DNA of 64,000 nt from Balanoglossus misakiensis. Taxonomy: Eukaryota > Animalia > Hemichordata. Numbering within the stretch: position 1 is the stretch's first letter; the number at the start of each line of letters is the position of its first letter. Below are positions 10,131 through 30,500 of this stretch, piece by piece. Below the pieces are notes generated by a model. It was not told where the DNA came from. It saw only the letters and a list, made by a program, of their open reading frames with translations, and made no database searches. The position numbers and the translations under genes were made by a program. The stretch lies in assembly GCA_040954595.2 (NCBI GenBank), contig CM082583.2, positions 11,297,656 through 11,361,655 on the forward strand, in the 5' to 3' direction.

Positions 10131-13100
10131 ATGGCGGATGGTGGCGACGACTCTGGAAGCAAAATTAATGTGGTGGTAAAAACACCGAACGACAAAGAAA
10201 CTATAGAAATTGAGCCAAATGCCCGGATACGAGAGGTAAGAATGACTTTATTTCTCAAGTATCATGAGAGACATGCGTCATTATGCCAAAGAAACGCCGT
10301 CTTGTTTAGGTCACATGGTAGCCATGTTTTCTCATGAATCACGTAATGCTGTTCGTTCATTGATTAAAATACGATGGAAGTAGCCCAAATTTACCGAAAT
10401 ACACACTTTATCCCCATAAATAATAAATGCCAACTCTTTGTGGGTTTTATCAACACAGTGTTCGTTTTATAGTGCATATCTCTCGAATTTTGCCGATAGC
10501 AGGAATAATATCTGTGATGTCTTGCAAGGGTAGGGTTTCCCTGACGAAACGTATACATGTACATGTATACAGTATTGACTATTGTTATGGATGGCATGAT
10601 TTAGCGATTTTAACAGCACACCACTGTAAACAAGCACACCTCAGCCGTTGTGTACTCGACCCCCGTAAAATTACGGCACAATAATTACATGTGTAGTACA
10701 CTGTACAGGTGAATATAGTCAGCAACGAACAGATCGACACTTGCCCTAGGTGGTGAGTTTTAAGTGCCAATAGAATAGGCGTAGGTGACCTTTGTACCCT
10801 CGTTATCACAATTGTATTGTAAAGCTGAATCATGTCAATATTACAAAAAGTGACCTTTTTTGCGACAACCAATTATACTTGAAGTGATTATGCTGGCAAT
10901 TGTTTACATTTAGACCATAATATTTTGGTATGTCAACTGAGAAATAACAACTGTCATTGTTTGTTTTTTTCAAGTTTAAAGAAGAAATTTCTAAGAAATT
11001 CAAAGCACCTCCGGAGCAACTGTGTCTAATATTTGCAGGAAAAATTTTAAAGGATACAGAAACCCTAGACCAGCATGGTAAGTTTTGTTGCCATTTGTTT
11101 GATTTAGTTCAATGGTCACATATTTTCAAATTTGAGACCTGAGCAAATTATGAGAAGAAATATATGTATATGACTTGGATTTTCGAGGTGCCTTCTTCCC
11201 TAAGCACGTATTCATATTGCGTACACATGTTGGCGTATGTATCCTAGTCGTTATTGTCTTCTGATGGCATGTGATATTCTTGTAACACGTGCTGCCCTGA
11301 TAACCCTTTTGTCACTTGAGGTCATGACCTCCAAAAGTAACAAGACGTCAAAAAGAAATGGGCTGGGTATCAGTTGTACCACTCTGATTCATATTCAGCA
11401 GTATGTATTCAGATAGCATCCTATAGGATAAACACATCTAATTGCTGTTGCTGAAAGACACTATTCTGTGCGATTTTTCTTTTTAATCAAGCTGTGTTTG
11501 TCTCTTTCAATAGGTATTAACGATGGACTTACTGTTCACTTGGTAATCAGGTCAGCTAATAAGGTAAGCAACAAACTCATATTGAGCTATTCACTACTCT
11601 GTAGAGCATTTCTTGTGAAATACACAGAGAGAAATACACACATGGACTGTGTTACTGATAGTGCTTGCTGAAGGGTTAATGAATACCTCTTTTTTTGGCC
11701 AGGCCCAAGAGCAAGCAGCACAGAGAGCACAGCAGGGTTCCAGTCCATCCAGTCCAGCACAGCCGGGACAGCCTTCTACAACTACGCCATCACCCCAACC
11801 GCCCAACCCAGCACCCTTTGGTCTGGGTGGCATGGGTGGTTTGTCTGGAATGGGAAACATTGGAATGGGATCGGCCAATTTTATGGAAATGCAGCAGAGG
11901 ATGCAGTCAGAGGTAAACATGTGTTAAGTACTCCCCCCCCCCCCCCACCCCCACTGCATTATCCTGTCCTGTTTGGTTTGAAATGCTGGAATGAAATCAG
12001 GTCGCGAACGAGATTTGACGCATTATTTCTAGTTTTGCATTTGTCGCCAGCTTTGCCAAACATGCATCCAACTTCCATTGACACTGAATCTGTTTGCGTC
12101 ACCAGCTGATGAGGAACCCACAGATGTTGCAGCAGATAATGGATAATCCCTTTGTGCAGAGTATGATGTCTAATCCGGAAATTATGAGGCAACTTATCCT
12201 GAGTAATCCTCAGATGCAGCAGTTAATGGAGGTGAGATGTACCCCGTGCAGTGCATGTGATTTTTAATAGATTGGCTAGTAGCTGTAAATTGAGTGCCCC
12301 AACTTTGAAAATTCTCCTCATACAATTTCATGTTTCATTACTTGGCATTTTAGAGGAATCCAGAAATCTCACACATGTTGAACAATCCTGAATTACTGAG
12401 GCAAACCATGGAAATGGCGAGGAACCCTTCCATGATGCAAGAAATGATGAGAAGTCAAGACAGAGCACTCAGCAACCTGGAGGTAAGCCAATCAGCACTC
12501 TCGATATATTATCATAACAATTGTACTGTTATGCAAATTAGTCAATATTTGAGTTCTCTGCCTTGCTTACCATTAAATTTTCAAACTTGACATTTGCAGA
12601 GTATACCTGGTGGCTACAATGCTTTACGTAGAATGTATACAGATATTCAGGAGCCTATGTTAAATGCAGCCCAGGAGGGCTTGGGAGCCAACCCGTTCTC
12701 GGCCTTGCTAAACGCAGAAAACAATGACTCGTCCCGCCAACGAGGGACCGAAAACGTAGACCCTTTACCGAACCCGTGGGCGCCGCCTGGCCAGCGACAG
12801 TCCACCACCGTCTCCACGACAACTGGTAGTACAGCCACCAGTACCACCACAACCAGCAGCAGCAGTCAGCCCACCACAACCACATCACCGAGCCAACCGG
12901 GAACGGGTGGGATGCCTGGAATGGGAACAGGTGGGATGCCTGGAATGGGAACAGGTGGGATGCCTGGAATGGGAGGAGGTAAGACACTGTTTGCAGATAT
13001 CAACAGACAGGCAGATAGATAGACACAGACAAACACACACACACACTGTTTCTGGTAGTGTATATTAATTTCAATGTGTACCACGCTTAAGTTGACCCTT

Positions 13101-14734
13101 TTTTGTTGGATGGTTGTTTGCAGGGGCAATGTTTGGAACGCCTGGCATGCAGAGCATTATTCAGCAAATGTCAGAGAATCCTCAACTGATGCAGAACATG
13201 TTGCAGGCACCGTACATGCAGAGTATGATGCAAGCTATGGCACAGAACCCAGATTTAGCGTCGCAGGTAAGTTCTCCCGACGACCACCCTGAATGGTAGT
13301 GGGTGTCCTGTACCGATGCTGGTTTCTACACTGAGAATTTCTGGTAGCGTAGCAGCTAATTTTTAATATTTCTGCAAGTTGTGACTCTCTTCTAAAGTCT
13401 CATTTTGATTCGTTTAGATTGTAGGTAGTAATCCACTGTTTGCTGGTAATCCTCAATTACAAACTCAACTACAACAACAACTACCTGCGTTTCTACAACA
13501 GGTAAGTGTTACACAAAACCATCCTGAATGTTCAGCACTTCGATGAAACACTTGTAGAACCACAGAACCCTTGAATGTTTACCCTCACAAATCTATTCTA
13601 GCCTGAATAGGTCATACTGCAGAATGTCCAATAAACAAACATTAAAATATCATGGGCATGACAAGATGACAAAGACCTTTATCTCTTTTGAACAGATGCA
13701 GAATCCAGAAGTTCAACAGTTAATGACCAACCCTCGTGCATTACAAGCTATTTTACAAATCCAACAGGGGATGCAGCAGCTTTCACAGGAAGCCCCGGGT
13801 CTTATGCCAGGGTAAAGATCCATCAGTTCACTTATTTTACCTTTAACTCTTTCGCTACCATGGTTCAGTCCAAACCCATTGTGTTGGCTATGTTAAAAGT
13901 ACTACAAGACGAGTTTGATTCATGAGAAGGGTAGCTGTCTTGATGAGATGCTATGTGATACTGTATTCAGTGTATTTCCAGTGCTTCCTCGTGCGGTGGA
14001 AGCATTTGCATTCAACACTCTGGTTCTTTTCTCTCTGCCACAGACTGATGCCAGGCATGCCGACACCAGGCACCACGACTGCAAGCACGACCACCTCAAC
14101 AGCCACGACAGGAGGCACAGCCACCACCGCCACAACCACCACACCATCACCATCAGGAACTACCGCTAACACTATAGGAACCACCAGCACCACGGGAAGT
14201 CCCGGCACTGGCACCACCCCACAGATAGGAGACCAACAGCAAATGAGTCAGCTCATGGCGCAGATGATGCAGACGTTAGCTGGAATGGGCCAGCCGGTAA
14301 GCTCATCTCATCTAACCTCATCAAGATTTACATGCGCTGTTTTCCGACGGCAGAGTTTCTGCAGATGGCGGGTGTTGACACTGCCCTAAGGTCTGAAGAA
14401 TCTCCTGTATGAGACAATCAGGAATAGTGAAAACGTGAATTACTACACCTTTTTCCACATTATGTTTTTGTTGTTGAATGGCTATGTCTATTGATGGACG
14501 TTGGAATTGCAGGATAACTATCTTAACTAACTATTACATTGAGCAATGTTTGACTTATTCTTTGATCCTCATTTTCACCCACAGAATCAACCACCGGAAG
14601 TTCAGTTCCGAGCGCAGTTGGAGCAGCTGAATGCCATGGGATTTATAAACAGGGAAGCGAACATACAAGCCCTCCAGGCGACGGAGGGTGATGTCAATGC
14701 CGCCATCGAAAGGTTGCTGGGTGCGAACGGCTAG
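10131..14734 (+). CDS. UBQLN1: Ubiquilin (UBL-STI1-UBA proteasome shuttle), about 12 exons
   Basis: UBL domain in exons 10131-10235, 10975-11077 and 11514-11563 (KINVVVKTP...[12 protein letters not shown]...[11 protein letters not shown]). STI1 repeats ([43 protein letters not shown]). UBA domain in the last exon, 14585-14734 ([35 protein letters not shown]). Probably co-orthologous to vertebrate UBQLN1/2/4. Confidence 0.95.
12901..12978 (+). repeat. Coding 24-bp tandem repeat, 3 copies (GTGGMPGM), in ubiquilin
   Basis: The unit GGAACRGGTGGGATGCCTGGAATG occurs three times at the end of the exon. Confidence 0.85.
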
Positions 14735-16677
14735 CTTTGTCCCGTTTGCGATTTGAATCTTAATAATCAGTAGTAATATACATAGATGGTTAGTCATGGT
14801 AGTAGAGATAGATTCCGCCAAAAAAGTTGTCATATTGTCATATTATGAGTAGTGTTTATGCATCTATCTAATTTACACACAGTCTTCACTTGAGTATGAA
14901 TGTTTTTTACCCATGGGAGGAGGCGAAAAAGGCCCTCGCTAGGTGTTGTGCAAAAGCCATTGCTGGGAAGACAAGGACCCACACAGTGCGCACAGAATGC
15001 ATGTCAACTGAATCAGAGAACTGGCGTCTGGGCTATGGAAAAACAACACTTTCAATGAGAAATGTTATGCATCACGGGAATGAAAAGAAGGGGCATGAAC
15101 TGTTATCATTTTCATTTAGGAATCTGTTCTTGTAAATTTATTCAGTTTTTTTTAAGGTGCAGTGTAATCTGTTATGATCCGGAGAATAGAAGCAAGCCAC
15201 TTTCTTCCAATTAGGGAGTGTGTCAACAGGGTTCAGACTACTAATAATGGTGCCATTTCCTGTGGTGTCTGTGTGTCCACCCCGCAGCGGCCATTTTGTG
15301 AGAGTGAATTATGGGTAAAAAAGTCATGCAATGAAAAGTGTGGTGATTGTGAGAGAACCGTTTTATTATTAGGCCCAAATCTTTCTGCCAGGAATTTGCA
15401 GTCCCTTAATGGATCACTAATACATACTTTCTAACTCTGACTCCGGATCATGTGGGAAATAACATCTATAATTACAATGAAGGAATCTCGGAACTTCTCT
15501 CGAAATAAAATCATTATTATTTAGATAATGCGAACTATATTTGGGCTTTGTTACATATTGTATCTCCCCTCTAATGTATACCCTATGTAAAATAAAAAAA
15601 CACATCATGTTTGCTTTGTTGGAATTTGTTTTCTGGCAATATTGTGATTTGTGAAATTTGCGCCAAGTGCATTTTCACATTGTGTTCTTGCTGAGCCTGT
15701 ATATCCGTGATGCTGACACAGCTCGTTGTGTGTTGCAAGTCCCAATCATGAAGAACCAATGTCAATTCCTCCCTATATTGTTTTCCTTTGCATTTGGCAT
15801 TGACAGTTAATACGCATGTGCACACACTCAACACCCCCCCCCCTGCAAATTATACAAGTGAGAAATCTTGGTGATCTCTTAATTTTGTGATTTGCCGATA
15901 GTCAATAAATATGCAAGTCATTTCTTTTCAAGTATCTCGATGGTCTTTGCATTTCACTTCCTCAACTTCCTGTTGTTTAAGAAAATGAATATATGAGAAC
16001 TTTCCTTCCTAGAGAAATCACACAACCCTAAAAAATATGAAGACATACGAATTACATTGAGATTACTGGAAAACTCGTCTCTACTATAATTGTCATTTTC
16101 ATGAAATTTTACTCACAGCTCGTCGGTCGAATGGTCACCGCGCTCTGATTTCAGGTAAACTTCGTTAAATGTTTTTCCCACTGGCGAAAAAGGCTGACTC
16201 GGTTTTCGTCAATTATCGACTAAATTCACAACCTTGTATTTCAAAAGCAAGCGCGGTGACCCCTAATTTTTTATTACGTATTATTATTTGTAAAAAAAGG
16301 GAAAACCAATAATCCACAATTCAAAGAAATCACAATTCTTTCAATTTTACTGGTCGTACATCCTTTTACGGAATGACGTGTGGTGAATATGATCTGGTTC
16401 TCTGACGTCAGGGCCGTTTTACAGACTTGTTTCCAGTTTGGTATCCAGTGGCGACTATGTCGTTGTGAATAATTTGTTTCTTACATAAATGAAAACCGCA
16501 CAATAAAGACTCATTTCAAATGTATATATTCAAATATCGATATAATCTTTTAAGCCGGTGTGTCACATTGCGGGTCACTTTTGAAGGCCAGACCAATGCG
16601 CCACTGGACTCGCGGATCCGGCAAACTGAGCCCCGAAATTTTGCCGCAAGCGAAACCGTCCCAAACCGGCCAACAGA

Positions 16678-19847
<3,170 letters not shown>

Positions 19848-20232
19848 ATCGTTCGATTCTTGTGCATATAATATAAAGCAGTATGTCACAGTAATCACGT
19901 TCTGAATATATTTGACTACTAGTATATAACACATGCATAACTATACGCATTGAAACCAGAGAAAAGTTCTTTTGTGTGCAATGTTTATTGGTTCACATTT
20001 ATTCCACAGTGACTGTGGTTACGTCGCATCAGAATCTGACATTTACATAGTATACTGAAATCGGATCTTTACCTATAAATATATCGCTTTAGGAACGCTG
20101 TCAAACTTTACATCTCCTGAAATAAAAACTATGAAATATAAAAATAAGCTTTATTGGATTGAGTGCTCTGGCTGTGGCTTTTGCTGTTTTTTGATTAAAC
20201 AACCGCTACCCAAGGCTAGGCCCAGGTCAACA

Positions 20233-21326
20233 TTAAACTTCACTCCACTTCGAGGCGACATCTTCACTAAGTTGCGTTCTCGGGTGATAAACCAGAACGC
20301 CACTAGGATTCCCGTTGCCAACCAACGGTTGGGCGCTCGCCCCCATAGCTCGTTCCTTCTGGTTTCTTCGTTTTTTCCACGCCGTCACCGCTGTCCACAC
20401 AAAGACGACGCTCAACAGAACGCAAAGACCAGCCAGGCTGTACGTCATCACCACTTGAACACCATCGAAATTGGCATTTATATCATCGTCTGTCCCTGGA
20501 AATGAAAGTATGACATATTTGTGATTGAAATGCACCCTAAGACAGGGTCTAGAGTCTATATGTCTCGAAGATGACCGGACACCCGCACTTTGGTCTATGA
20601 TCATTACCCGTCTCTTCCCTGTCAACATTTCCCTTATCTCAGAGACCATCAAAGTCAACTGATAAAATTAAAAGACCAAAGTACAGGTGTCTCAATTCCC
20701 GGGGTATCCCTGTACTCGTATATTAAAATCCAGACATTGAAATTAGACTGGTGTCAGATCTGACAGGACGGGAGTATTTGCTAATGCGAAAACTTTTAAA
20801 TTCTGATCAGAATGGGGTTCTGTTCCTAACGATACTGTGGAATGGCGGATATAACGCGATTTGTGTTTGTCTACGAATTAGTGACCATCGGACAGATAGA
20901 CACGTTATGTTTGAATATAAACAAAGGTGCGTCAAACCATTCTCAACAATATATCATAGGACGACTTTGTAGACGGTTCAACAAAGAAAATTCATACAAA
21001 TTCATACATCATGTATTTTTTTTTTTGAATGCGAAGAAGAAATAGGTATATTTGTCCCTTTCTGTCAACAGCACGCAATTAAAACGATTCATCTCTGTTG
21101 TCTTTTTTACGAAATATTTACCCATCCGATTTGACTTCAATCTTTCTGTTCGACCATTCGAATACGTCTTACCTTTAGTCGACAATATCCATACAACCAA
21201 TGAGCCCACGAGGAAGGTAAGTAAAATCAAACAGGTTGCCGCGCAAACACACCTTGACAAAGAGGAAGATTTCAAGAAACATGATGAAATCTTTGTCTCA
21301 CCACACTGTTTTGTGAGGGTAGTCAT
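20233..21326 (-). CDS. Uncharacterised small membrane protein with two hydrophobic helices, 2 exons, about 155 aa
   Basis: Exon 21326-21122 (donor ATGG|GTAAAT) joins in phase 1 to exon 20495-20233 (acceptor ctttcatttccAG), giving 468 nt. TM1 is CVCAATCLILLTFLVGSLVVWIL. TM2 is VVMTYSLAGLCVLLSVVFVWTAVTAW, followed by KKRR. Minus-strand AATAAA signals lie near 19984-20003. An in-frame upstream ATG exists at 21509. Confidence 0.6.
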
Positions 21327-21651
21327 TCCGGTATTATACCATCGATGAACGGACACGGTCCTGTGGTACTTTAAAAACAAAGCGTTGGACTCAGTGTTCT
21401 GTTTGGGGTATGCAGGGCGCCTCCACAGAGCACTATCACCGCGGGCTTTTGTCTTTCTTGTTAAGAAACATGCGCATTTGCTCGAACACTCTTTATTAAC
21501 TTTACACATGACTGTTTTTCAGTATTAGTCTCTTCTTTATACACTATAATAGTGCATAGTTACAGACCTCATTCTACTGGATGGTACTTTATAATACATT
21601 GTAATGCATGGGTACAATCAAAAGCTAACTAGGGTTACCGCATTCCGCGAA

Positions 21652-21665
21652 GCGCCCTCTATTGG
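21652..21665 (-). promoter_or_regulatory. CTCF-like motif in the divergent promoter between the orphan gene and SLC30A5
   Basis: The reverse complement CCAATAGAGGGCGC has one mismatch to CCASYAGRKGGCRS. Confidence 0.35.
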
Positions 21666-21793
21666 AAGAAGAAAAAACGAACAAACTGACACGTCGTCTA
21701 GTATCAATAACTTCCGGGGTCTGCTTATGTTATTGCAATCTGCTGATGTATGATTGATTTTGGATTAGATCCGGGATTTGGCGTGGCCAGTAA

Positions 21794-26650
<4,857 letters not shown>

Positions 26651-27591
26651 GAAATAAAATATATTTATTCAATAAAAATCCATATTTTTGTGTCAAAGTT
26701 GACATTTTGCGACATTTTATATGTAAAGTATTTTTGATCAGTGAATAAAAGTGGTAAATTTGTGAGAGAAAATAGATTGAAATCCTGGATTGTGACCAAA
26801 AAATCAACTCATTTACTTCGACTGCTCTTCTGTAAGATGCCTTCAGGAATTTATTTTTGTTTCATCATTTTTATGAATAAATAATTTCATGAAGAATCAT
26901 ATGTGGCCTCTCTTGCTTGTGTGTGTAAGAATGTGAATGGAGCAAATTATACAACAAAGACAAGAACTACTTGTATATAAGGGCTGCTTTATTTCCAATG
27001 ATAGGAGTTTTATTTCTACTATTGTCAGGTGTATTTATAGTATTTTAACACAGACGAGTCGGTGAGACTGTGTACCTTGGAAGTGAGTCATTCAAACTCA
27101 CTCCTTGGCACGGGACCACCTGTTACCATTTATGGTGTCTCGCGATCATGTGTTTTCGATATCACAAAATACATTATACGTTACGTTGTTGCGTGTACAT
27201 TTCTGAAGTTAATAGTCTTCAGTTGTCATGCGCCGTGACCTTTCACTTTGGTTGGGATTTCCTCAAACTTCGTGGAACTAAATGCAGGAAAAGGGAGTCG
27301 CCCTAAGCTGAAGGTAGTCGTCTGTGTTGTGTAATTTATGTGCATTGTTTTTCGACGGCGAATGGAGATTGGGTGGCTTTTCCAAAAGTGTCGCCTGAAA
27401 GGAAAATAAACAGCGTTAATATTTGACCGACCGAACAAACTAAACCGCGCTGGGAAAGTTGGTTTGCGTTCGAACGTTCATGATCACGGAATTTAGTTGG
27501 AGAGGTTGGACTCTGTGTTTGGAGTAGCTGCAAGTGTATACCACTCCAGCATTTACAGAATCGAATTTTGAAGGACACATACTCTACGACA

Positions 27592-30500
27592 ATGGTAAGC
27601 CTCATAATTATTAATAGATATTAACGAAACCAAAATTAAGGATACGGTACACTCAATACAGTGAGGTGTGAACTGGTTTGTTTGTAACAATGCCTTTCAA
27701 AAACTAATCAATTCACACCTCGCTAAGACTTGGCTCACACATCAACAACTGCGGAAGTTACTTCATTGTCGTCGCTTTCTATTTATACAAACTGTAGAAA
27801 AGATTATTCAAGGTTTCCACAGCCGCGAAATATACACAAGGTCAAACTAGGTCGACATTGTGGGCGTTGAACATTACGGCGCCTAACGTGACTGTAGCCC
27901 TGCGTGCGCGCGCGTACAGGTTTGCGCGCTCCCGGCGCGGAGTCACGCGTAGACTCTATCACCTTCTAATGTGGTGATGAACTAAAAAGGCCGATGTTAT
28001 GATTTTAACAATTCCCATTCCCAAAGGATAATCACGTCGTTAGACAACATGATTCATGTAATCGATTAATCATGTCAATTACATTATGTGTACATTACAA
28101 TTAGTTTCGTTTTCGTGACTTTGTTTCCTACTACATAAGCCGGAATGAATGAATGAATGAATGAATGAATGAATGAATGAATGAATGAATGAATGAATGA
28201 ATGAATGAATGAATGAATGAATGAATAAGAAACTATTCAATGTGTGACCACATAAATATATGTTCACAATTTTAGTTGCATACTAACTGTGTGTAGGGAC
28301 AGCTCATTTTGAAGTGTGGTTTTATAGTTATCAGTTGTAATCTAGCTAATTTAAATATTAAAGTCCAGAATTTATTTTATTTTGTTCCTTATATTTTATA
28401 AGGGTAAAGGTCACTTATGAGTCTTAAATTGTAAGGAAAACTACATACATTTTATCACATTGCAATGGTTTCTATGTATATTCTATAATCACAGTGACTG
28501 AGACAGAAGATGATATAATCTTGCTGGTTTATGTGATAGCATGATCTTTTGCCTGCTATGGTTTAACTGTAGGGTGAAAACATTTAGCTTTTAAGTGTTG
28601 TTTTTATGAGTATAATTTCTATGCATAATGCATTCCAACATCACCAGGTATGACTGTCACAGGAAGCCTGTTGATAATATTTGCACAGTAATACCCAGTA
28701 TCAATCAACCTGTGCTTGGCTAAAACAGAGAAGGGTTACACAACACTGTTTACACTATGGCATGTGAAAAGGTGGAAGCATATTCCAACCCCTGGCCCTA
28801 TTAATTCCACAATATAATGGAGATAAAATTAAAATGTGATATCCACAAAAAATGCATATTTTATGGTAAAAATGAACATTTTCTGTGTGGTATTTTCTGT
28901 CTTCAGAATACATATACATTTCTGATTTTCTTTCTGTTGTATAGGCATATCACTGGCAGAGTAGTCAACAGAAGCAGACAGGGGTGGAGGATATGACCCT
29001 GTTGCCCAAAATATCTGAATCCAGCATCATGGAAAACTTGAAGAAGAGGTTCATGGATGATTGGATATATGTATCCTTTGCCCAATTTTGCCCTGAAATC
29101 ACCCCTCTCCACCACTGTGGTTTGGTCCAGTACCACCATTAAGCATGGCAAAGTTGGACCTCAATACAGGGATTTTAGGGGTGGAAGGAGAAATGAGTTT
29201 TAGAGAATGATGAACTCTTGCAGCCAGAAATACACAGGAAAAGTATTATTGTTTTCAAGAAAAAATCTCTCCACATGCAGTGACCATTAGCACTTCCTGG
29301 TAGACCAAGGTTTAGAGGAAGTTTGTTGTTTCACATTACCGGCATCAATGTCTGCATTTGTGTGATGTTACACCAACACAGATCATATCTGTGGACTGCC
29401 TTCAATTTTCTATGATAGAATATTCTGTCAGGAATTTTACAATATTCAATTGTGTAAATTGCTCTTTTTGTAGTTTCATTTCCCTGACAGTGGTGTTTAC
29501 CCAGACATACATAGGTCCTGTGCTAGTTTCTATCAATCCGTTTAAACAATTGAAGTACTTCACAGATAAGGAAATCGAAATTTATCAAGGAGCTGTAAGT
29601 ATCTACATGTACTGGCAACCATATCGAAGTTGATGTCCAGGTCCTTTTTCAATAATATAATATTTTTCCTGATTGGAATTGGGGTCAACATATATGACAG
29701 TCAGTGCCATGTCATTGCTTGTCAAATACTTTAAATGCCAATTTATTCAGTTGCTTTCTCGTCTGCTCTTCTGTCAAGTTAGCTGTATTTGGGTTTTAAA
29801 CCGTTGAGGTGAAGCAGGTTATTTGACACCAGCAATCCATGGGCCTTTGACAGTTGTGCAAACAGAAAATTGTAACTCTTTTTTATACTGTTAGCAGGGA
29901 GACAGTCTTAATTGTGTCGTATGTAAAATCTTTCGTCCATTTCATGTGTTTGTACTTCCATGACATCATTCTGAAATTTTATGCCTCACTCAGGTTTGCT
30001 TTGATCACCTGGATATTTCATCAACCTTTTCTTTTCTATTTTTTATGCAGGCTTCCTATGAAAACCCTCCACACATTTACGCTTTAGCAGACAACATGTA
30101 CAGAAACATGATGATTGACTTAGAGAGCCAATGTGTCATCATCAGGTGAGATAACCTCAGGCTCTGATTACATCAGATGAAATATGGTTCATTTCAACTG
30201 ACATGTGAGTCAGCAAAGCAGAAATGTTTCAGTTCATTCTGATGGATATTGATGGTCGTGTAGACTTTTTTTTCTTCAAACCTGTTATCTCGCACATTGG
30301 GGAAACTTTACCACTGGAAACTGACCACTCCAAATGGCCAGAGTGAAAGTGGCACAAATTCCAGCCACTTTAAAATATGACGTAAGCACAGAACCTGATA
30401 ACATGTAGCTATCTAAATTTAGCCTGACTTCTATTTTGTAAAGCAAATGTTCTGTGCACGGCTTACTCTGTAGTCGTCCGTGGTTGATGTGCATAGTTTT

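Noticed and set aside
27895-27955. CG-rich self-complementary patch in myosin intron 1
   Set aside because: It is best explained as part of the CpG-rich promoter-proximal region. No defined structure or family could be assigned.
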